Shown: piece after piece, positions 56,496 to 64,000 of the stretch
Layout of the letters: each line of letters begins with the position of its first letter
Numbering within the stretch: the first letter of the stretch is position 1
Source of the DNA: Auanema rhodensis
Taxonomy: Eukaryota > Animalia > Nematoda
DNA: 64,000 nucleotides
Reading direction: 5' to 3'
Assembly (NCBI GenBank): GCA_964057225.1
Contig: OZ059898.1
Location: 4,650,001 to 4,714,000 of the forward strand
The notes under the pieces: generated by a model
What the model was told of the DNA's origin: nothing
Seen by the model: only the letters and a program-made list of their open reading frames with translations
Database searches by the model: none
Position numbers and translations under genes: made by a program

Positions 56496-57645
56496 ATGTC
56501 TCGTAGTAACTCCGATGACTTTTTCGGAATTGAAGTAGATTCTATACATTATGAAAAAAAGAAAAATATAACAGAGGTTTCATAGATTTTTTGTATAAAA
56601 TCAATTTTTATTTGAATAGACTGAAAATACGTCGGTAGCTAATAAAAATTCCAAAATATCAGGAAGTGATTTCCTGGAAGATGCCATATGTCCAGGATTG
56701 AGGGTAGTATATATTCTAAGGTCATCGCTCTTGAATCTTTAATGGTTTAGGAGAGAGCTGAACAATTTGAGAAATCGGAAAATAACAATTTGAATGACAC
56801 AGTAAGATTTGAGAAAGATAGTATGGGTTATATCAATGACAGAGAACGATATACAGAAAATTTTAGTAGCAACCAAGAGCAATATTCCTTGAACAGGTTT
56901 GTATCTATTTTCCTTGAAAATTAGAGGTAGCTAAATGAGTATGATATTTGAGTAAAGGTTATTTCAGTTCTTCACAGGTTTTCTCAAAACATTTTGAGGA
57001 TATTCATAACAATGAATATGAACTTCATGATAATTCTGAAATCATTGAAATTCCTAAAAAAAGGAATCAACGTATGAAGCCAAACAAATTTGAAAACCAT
57101 GCAAGCCGCTTTAATCAAGTAGGTGATTCAGCTGTAAAATTCAAACTTTAATTTTTATTTCTGTTTATCCTCATAAATGTTCAAAGTCATTCGATAGTAT
57201 TTTTGGAAGTTGATTAATCATTTTAGGCTTCCCTTCATGATGAGCAGCCCCCTGCAGGATTATCAGAACTTTGGTCAAATTTCCCAGATTTGAGGTTTAT
57301 ATCTGAAATGGAGCTTGTTGAATTTATGGCTAGAAGAATGCTTTATGCTGATAGTTTGGGATAAATATTAAATAAAATAATGAAACCTTATGTTTTAGAT
57401 AATTTGATTGCTTTTGATAAACCTTACGGATTACCTTATTCTGGTGGACGTGATAAGTCATTACAATTTGATCGTATTATTCAACAGTTAAAGGTATATC
57501 ATTTAGAATGCTTTTAATATGAATTAAAAAACATATTTGTAGTCCATTGTTGCTCCCAAGGTCGAAAGGCTTCACCTCATTAAATCGAATGATAAATATC
57601 ATTCCGGGATTTTATTGTTTGGCACGTAAGAGCTATAATAAATTT

Positions 57646-57702
<57 letters not shown>

Positions 57703-58484
57703 TTATTTCTAGAAGTAGTGCGGTTCAGAAAGATGTTAAAGAAATGATTAATTCTGATATGGTAGAACAGAAATTCAGGTTTAAATGATATTAAATTCTT
57801 CATAATTGTATTTTATATTTAGATGTATTGTCCGTGGAGGATTAGATGATACTACAGTTAACGTAACCATTCCTTTGGTTCGAATGATCAGAAATGGGGA
57901 TTTAAAAGTAGTTGTTTTTTCGTTGCAAAATAATTTACAAATTTAGCTGCAACCTCTTGTTACAAACAAAGCTAAATATCCTATTGAATATGTGAAATCA
58001 GAAGCTCGTGAGATAAATTCTACTTCTATTGTTTCGGATTTAGAAATAACAGTGCGCAAAGGTGAAAATTTTAAAAAATTGTTTGGGCATAAACTTTGTT
58101 TGTTTAGATTGTGCTCATCAAATTCGTTCTCACATGTCTTTGATAGGATGTCCCTTACTTGGAGATGATAAATACGGCAATGACAATGGTTCAATGCGGT
58201 AATAATATTTGTTTTTATTAAAATATAATTTATTTTTATAGATATTCTGGAAGTATTTTGAATATGCTCAATATGACGAAAAGTCAATCTAAGAAGCTTC
58301 CTCTAGTTTGTCATTTTAAGGAGGTATATTGAAGCTATTCGTTTACAATATACTTAATACTTATTTCATTAAATTTCAGGTAAACTTGCCTCCCTTATCA
58401 GGTAGCCAGCCAATTACAATATCATCTCCTCTGCCTCAACACTATCTTTGGATGTTAAAACGTCTAAGGTTATTTAAAGTATGA
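56496..58484 (+). CDS. RluA-family RNA pseudouridine synthase-like protein (RPUSD3/4-like, probably mitochondrial)
   Basis: NLIAFDKPYGLP (motif I), LIKSNDKYHSGILLFA (degenerate motif II) and HQIRSHMSLIGCPLLGDDKYG (motif III). The start may lie one exon upstream (~56422). Confidence 0.8.
57649..57700. repeat. (AT)n microsatellite inside an intron
   Basis: About 26 AT units fill most of a short intron of the pseudouridine synthase gene. Confidence 0.92.
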
Positions 58485-58645
58485 ATTTTTAGTTAAACAC
58501 ATTGTTTCACATTGTTAGGTTATTATAAAATTATTATTTTTTAAATGCATTGATAAAGAAGTTCTATACTTCATATTTTATTTAATAATATGATAAATAT
58601 CTGTGATTTTTCCTTGAATATGACTTCAAGTTTTTAGACAATTTA

Positions 58646-59463
58646 ATGGAACTTTATGTTTGTTCCTACAAACCTCAGTTTTCCTCATCCACTATGATAG
58701 TACGATTACCTTGTGTAGGCAATCAGGGCAAGCAAATTCTTTATCTTGCTGCGAAAGATGAGAAGAGATTCAAAGAAAGCATTAGAAGTTATCTCAATAT
58801 TACTGAAAACTTTGTAAGTTGTTATTTTTTTCCGTTTAAGCAATTCTATATTCTAAGAAGTTAGTTGTGAAAATAAAATTAAATGATGGTTTCATAGAGA
58901 ATGTTGATAATTCCTGGTATGAAATTTGAAATATTAAATAATGCTTTTAATTGTGTTTAGGGAATGGCGTGTATTATCATATCTTAAGAAAATGCTTGAA
59001 ATGGAACGATTACTCTGGTGTTTATCCTCATTAGGCGGAGCTTACTCAGCGATGGGTGATTATGATATCAAATTTGTATGTTTTTTTTTATAATTCGGCT
59101 AATCCCGATTATGTATTGTTTAGGCTGAAACTGCCGCTGAAATATCAAAGAGTCAGCTGGCCATTGCGACCGAAATTGGAGATCCAGCAATTATTGCCAG
59201 GTGATACAGGATACAATATCCAGAAAATATTCTTAATACAGATGCCATTTGTACATAGCTCTCAGCGAAGCACAGAGAGGTCGTTGTAGAAAAGCAGCTT
59301 ATATCGTGAAGTAGGAATTATTTTATTTTATAACAATATCTTTTTTTAAAGAATGATATATGATTGGTCAAAGGAAAATAATGAAGAATTAGTAAAGAAA
59401 TGCTGCACAGGCGTATTCAACAAAGTACTTTCAATAAACATTGAAAGAAAGCTGAAAACATAG
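58646..59463 (+). CDS. DUF4807 family protein (C. elegans F58A4.6-like)
   Basis: WCLSSLGGAYSAMGDY, AAEISKSQLAIATEIGDPAIIARCHLYIALSEAQRG, LVKKCCTGVFNK...KLKT*. Family recognised from recall. Confidence 0.75.
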
Positions 59464-59570
59464 CTATTCTTTGTTTAAATGAACAGTGTTGTTATATAAT
59501 AATCGGGTAAATATAATAAATATTACACAAAATTTTATGTTTTATTTATGAATTTGCATTTTTATGTCCA

Positions 59571-62500
59571 GTCCATCCATAAGAATACACACGAAAAGTT
59601 CAGGCTGTAGGCACGTTGTGTCCGGTGAAAATACTCTGAGGTAGGGTATTCAGATGTGTAGATTCTGAATTGCTTAGTGAGATTTGGCTGTCACTTTTCA
59701 ATTTTCCGGAAAAAAGGTTTATATCGACCCCATCAACAAGATTTGTTCACAAAAAAGTTCAGGCTGTAGGCACGTTGTGTCCGGTGATTGTTCGATTTTC
59801 TCAAAGATCAAAATCTATAATCAAATAAAAATACTCTGAGGTTGGGTATTCAGATGTGCAGAATCTGAATTTCTTAGTCAGATTTGGCTGTGACTTTTCA
59901 AATTTCCGGAAAAAAGGTTTATATCGACCCCATCCACAAGATTTGTTCACAAAAAAGTTCAGGCTGTAGGCACGTTGTGTCCGGTGATTGTTCGATTTTG
60001 TCAAAGATCATACACTATAATCAAATAAAAATACTCTGAGGCTGGGTATTCAGATGTGCAGAATCTGAATTTCTTAGTCAGATTTGGCTGTGACTTTTCA
60101 AATTTCCGGAAAAAAGGTTTATATCGACCCCATCCACAAGATTTGTTCACAAAAAAGTTCAGGCTGTAGGCACGTTGTGTCCGGTGATTGTTCGATTTTG
60201 TCAAAGATCATACACTATAATCAAATAAAAATACTCTGAGGTTGGGTATTCAGATGTGCAGAATCTGAAGTTCTTAGTCAGATTTGGCTGTGACTTTTCA
60301 ATTTTCCGGAAAAAAGGTTTATATCGACCCCATCCACAAGATTTGTTCACAAAAAAGTTCAGGCTGTAGGCACGTTGTGTCCGGTGATTGTTCGATTTTG
60401 TCAAAGATCATACACTATAATCAAATAAAAATACTCTGAGGTTGGGTATTCAGATGTGCAGAATCTGAAGTTCTTAGTCAGATTTGGCTGTGACTTTTCA
60501 AATTTCCGGAAAAAAGGTTTATATCGACCCCATCCACAAGATTTGTTCACAAAAAAGTTCAGGCTGTAGGCACGTTGTGTCCGGTGATTGTTCGATTTTG
60601 TCAAAGATCATACACTATAATCAAATAAAAATACTCTGAGGCTGGGTATTCAGATGTGCAGAATCTGAATTTCTTAGTCAGATTTGGCTGTGACTTTTCA
60701 AATTTCCGGAAAAAAGGTTTATATCGACCCCATCCACAAGATTTGTTCACAAAAAAGTTCAGGCTGTAGGCACGTTGTGTCCGGTGATTGTTCGATTTTG
60801 TCAAAGATCATACACTATAATCAAATAAAAATACTCTGAGGCTGGGTATTCAGATGTGCAGAATCTGAATTTCTTAGTCAGATTTGGCTGTGACTTTTCA
60901 AATTTCCGGAAAAAAGGTTTATATCGACCCCATCCACAAGATTTGTTCACAAAAAAGTTCAGGCTGTAGGCACGTTGTGTCCGGTGATTGTTCGATTTTG
61001 TCAAAGATCATACACTATAATCAAATAAAAATACTCTGAGGCTGGGTATTCAGATGTGCAGAATCTGAATTTCTTAGTCAGATTTGGCTGTGACTTTTCA
61101 AATTTCCGGAAAAAAGGTTTATATCGACCCCATCCACAAGATTTGTTCACAAAAAAGTTCAGGCTGTAGGCACGTTGTGTCCGGTGATTGTTCGATTTTG
61201 TCAAAGATCATACACTATAATCAAATAAAAATACTCTGAGGCTGGGTATTCAGATGTGCAGAATCTGAATTTCTTAGTCAGATTTGGCTGTGACTTTTCA
61301 AATTTCCGGAAAAAAGGTTTATATCGACCCCATCCACAAGATTTGTTCACAAAAAAGTTCAGGCTGTAGGCACGTTGTGTCCGGTGATTGTTCGATTTTG
61401 TCAAAGATCATACACTATAATCAAATAAAAATACTCTGAGGCTGGGTATTCAGATGTGCAGAATCTGAATTTCTTAGTCAGATTTGGCTGTGACTTTTCA
61501 AATTTCCGGAAAAAAGGTTTATATCGACCCCATCCACAAGATTTGTTCACAAAAAAGTTCAGGCTGTAGGCACGTTGTGTCCGGTGATTGTTCGATTTTG
61601 TCAAAGATCATACACTATAATCAAATAAAAATACTCTGAGGCTGGGTATTCAGATGTGCAGAATCTGAATTTCTTAGTCAGATTTGGCTGTGACTTTTCA
61701 AATTTCCGGAAAAAAGGTTTATATCGACCCCATCCACAAGATTTGTTCACAAAAAAGTTCAGGCTGTAGGCACGTTGTGTCCGGTGATTGTTCGATTTTG
61801 TCAAAGATCATACACTATAATCAAATAAAAATACTCTGAGGTTGGGTATTCAGATGTGCAGAATCTGAAGTTCTTAGTCAGATTTGGCTGTGACTTTTCA
61901 ATTTTCCGGAAAAAAGGTTTATATCGACCCCATCCACAAGATTTGTTCACAAAAAAGTTCAGGCTGTAGGCACGTTGTGTCCGGTGATTGTTCGATTTTG
62001 TCAAAGATCATACACTATAATCAAATAAAAATACTCTGAGGTTGGGTATTCAGATGTGCAGAATCTGAAGTTCTTAGTCAGATTTGGCTGTGACTTTTCA
62101 AATTTCCGGAAAAAAGGTTTATATCGACCCCATCCACAAGATTTGTTCACAAAAAAGTTCAGGCTGTAGGCACGTTGTGTCCGGTGATTGTTCGATTTTC
62201 TCAAAGATCAAAATCTATAATCAAATAAAAATACTCTGAGGTTGGGTATTCAGATGTGCAGAATCTGAATTTCTTAGTCAGATTTGGCTGTGACTTTTCA
62301 AATTTCCGGAAAAAAGGTTTATATCGACCCCATCCACAAGATTTGTTCACAAAAAAGTTCAGGCTGTAGGCACGTTGTGTCCGGTGATTGTTCGATTTTG
62401 TCAAAGATCAAAATCTATAATTAAATAAAAATACTCTGAGGTTGGGTATTCAGATGTGCAGAATCTGAAGTTCTTAGTCAGATTTGGCTGTGACTTTTCA

Positions 62501-64000
62501 AATTTCCGGAAAAAAGGTTTATATCGACCCCATCCACAAGATTTGTTCACAAAAAAGTTCAGGCTGTAGGCACGTTGTGTCCGGTGATTGTTCGATTTTG
62601 CCAAAGATTATTAACTATAATCAAATAAAAATATTCTGAGGTTGGGTATTCAGATGTGCAGAATCTGAAGTTCTTGGTGAGATTTGGCTGTGACTTTTCA
62701 ATTTTCCGGAAAAAAGGTTTATATCGACCCCATCCACAAGATTTGTTCACAAAAAAGTTCAGGCTGTAGGCACGTTGTGTCCGGTGATTGTTCGATTTTC
62801 TCAAAGATCAAAATCTATAATCAAATAAAAATACTCTGAGGTTGGGTATTCAGATGTGCAGAATCTGAAGTTCTTAGTCAGATTTGGCTGTGACTTTTCA
62901 AATTTCCGGAAAAAAGGTTTATATCGACCCCATCCACAAGATTTGTTCACAAAAAAGTTTAGGCTGTAGGCACGTTGTGTCCGGTGATTGTTCGATTTTG
63001 TCAAAGATTATTAACTATAATCAAATAAAAATATTCTGAGGTTGGGTATTCAGATGTGCAGAATCTGAAGTTCTTGGTGAGATTTGGCTGTGACTTTTCA
63101 ATTTTCCGGAAAAAAGGTTTATATCGACCCCATCCACAAGATTTGTTCACAAAAAAGTTCAGGCTGTAGGCACGTTGTGTCCGGTGATTGTTCGATTTTC
63201 TCAAAGATCAAAATCTATAATCAAATAAAAATACTCTGAGGTTGGGTATTCAGATGTGCAGAATCTGAATTTCTTAGTCAGATTTGGCTGTGACTTTTCA
63301 AATTTCCGGAAAAAAGGTTTATATCGACCCCATCCACAAGATTTGTTCACAAAAAAGTTCAGGCTGTAGGCACGTTGTGTCCGGTGATTGTTCGATTTTG
63401 TCAAAGATCAAAATCTATAATTAAATAAAAATACTCTGAGGTTGGGTATTCAGATGTGCAGAATCTGAAGTTCTTAGTCAGATTTGGCTGTGACTTTTCA
63501 AATTTCCGGAAAAAAGGTTTATATCGACCCCATCCACAAGATTTGTTCACAAAAAAGTTCAGGCTGTAGGCACGTTGTGTCCGGTGATTGTTCGATTTTG
63601 CCAAAGATTATTAACTATAATCAAATAAAAATATTCTGAGGTTGGGTATTCAGATGTGCAGAATCTGAAGTTCTTGGTGAGATTTGGCTGTGACTTTTCA
63701 AATTTCCGGAAAAAAGGTTTATATCGACCCCATCCACAAGATTTGTTCACAAAAAAGTTCAGGCTGTAGGCACGTTGTGTCCGGTGATTGTTCGATTTTG
63801 CCAAAGATTATTAACTATAATCAAATAAAAATATTCTGAGGTTGGGTATTCAGATGTGCAGAATCTGAAGTTCTTAGTCAGATTTGGCTGTGACTTTTCA
63901 ATTTTCCGGAAAAAAGGTTTATATCGACCCCATCCACAAGATTTGTTCACAAAAAAGTTCAGGCTGTAGGCACGTTGTGTCCGGTGATTGTTCGATTTTC
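59571..64000. repeat. 200-bp tandem satellite array (~22 units, continues past the window end)
   Basis: The unit TCAAAGATCA...GTTCGATTTTG recurs with an exact 200-bp period from 59801. Units are near-identical, and the left edge carries a degenerate, internally deleted copy. Confidence 0.99.

Noticed and set aside
59917-59941. GGTTTATATCGACCCCATCCACAAG resembles an SL2-type leader (GGTTT...CAAG), suggesting an SL RNA gene array
   Set aside because: It is 25 nt, is followed by AT rather than the required GT donor, and has only a weak Sm-like GATTTTG. No 5S rRNA sequence is present either.
59801-63950. Repeated 67-aa minus-strand ORFs in the ORF track
   Set aside because: They arise from the 200-bp satellite, start at TTG/GTG-type codons, have no recognisable domain, and the unit length is not a multiple of three.
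59571-64000. CRISPR-like or telomeric array
   Set aside because: There are no unique spacers and no tandem TTAGGC, and the context is eukaryotic.

Overview
AT-rich, gene-dense eukaryotic DNA with many ~40-60 nt introns, from a rhabditid (clade V-type) nematode. By hand-splicing I find about 16 protein-coding genes: invadolysin/leishmanolysin-like peptidase, glucosamine-6-phosphate deaminase, UBE3D-like E3 ligase, a small C2H2 zinc-finger protein, mrt-2/RAD1, a COX8-like mitochondrial micro-protein, tufm-1 (mitochondrial EF-Tu1), swp-1 (SWAP), anmt-1, fli-1 (flightless-I), two unidentified multi-pass membrane proteins, a short BRCA2 (brc-2) with two BRC repeats, nmt-1, a large AMPK-gamma (aakg-1-like) locus with several alternative first exons, an RluA-family pseudouridine synthase-like gene and a DUF4807 gene. 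About 110 bp after the last stop codon the sequence switches to an exactly 200-bp tandem satellite that runs to the end of the window. The most notable observations are an unexplained three-way-junction RNA-like element ending in TTTT (5843-5917), candidate poison exon(s) in swp-1, the COX8-like gene, the two-repeat BRCA2, relaxed splice signals (GC donors, AAG/GAG acceptors) and the sharp gene-to-satellite boundary. No searches were run. Gene identities come from motif recognition and recalled homologues, and exon boundaries are manual.
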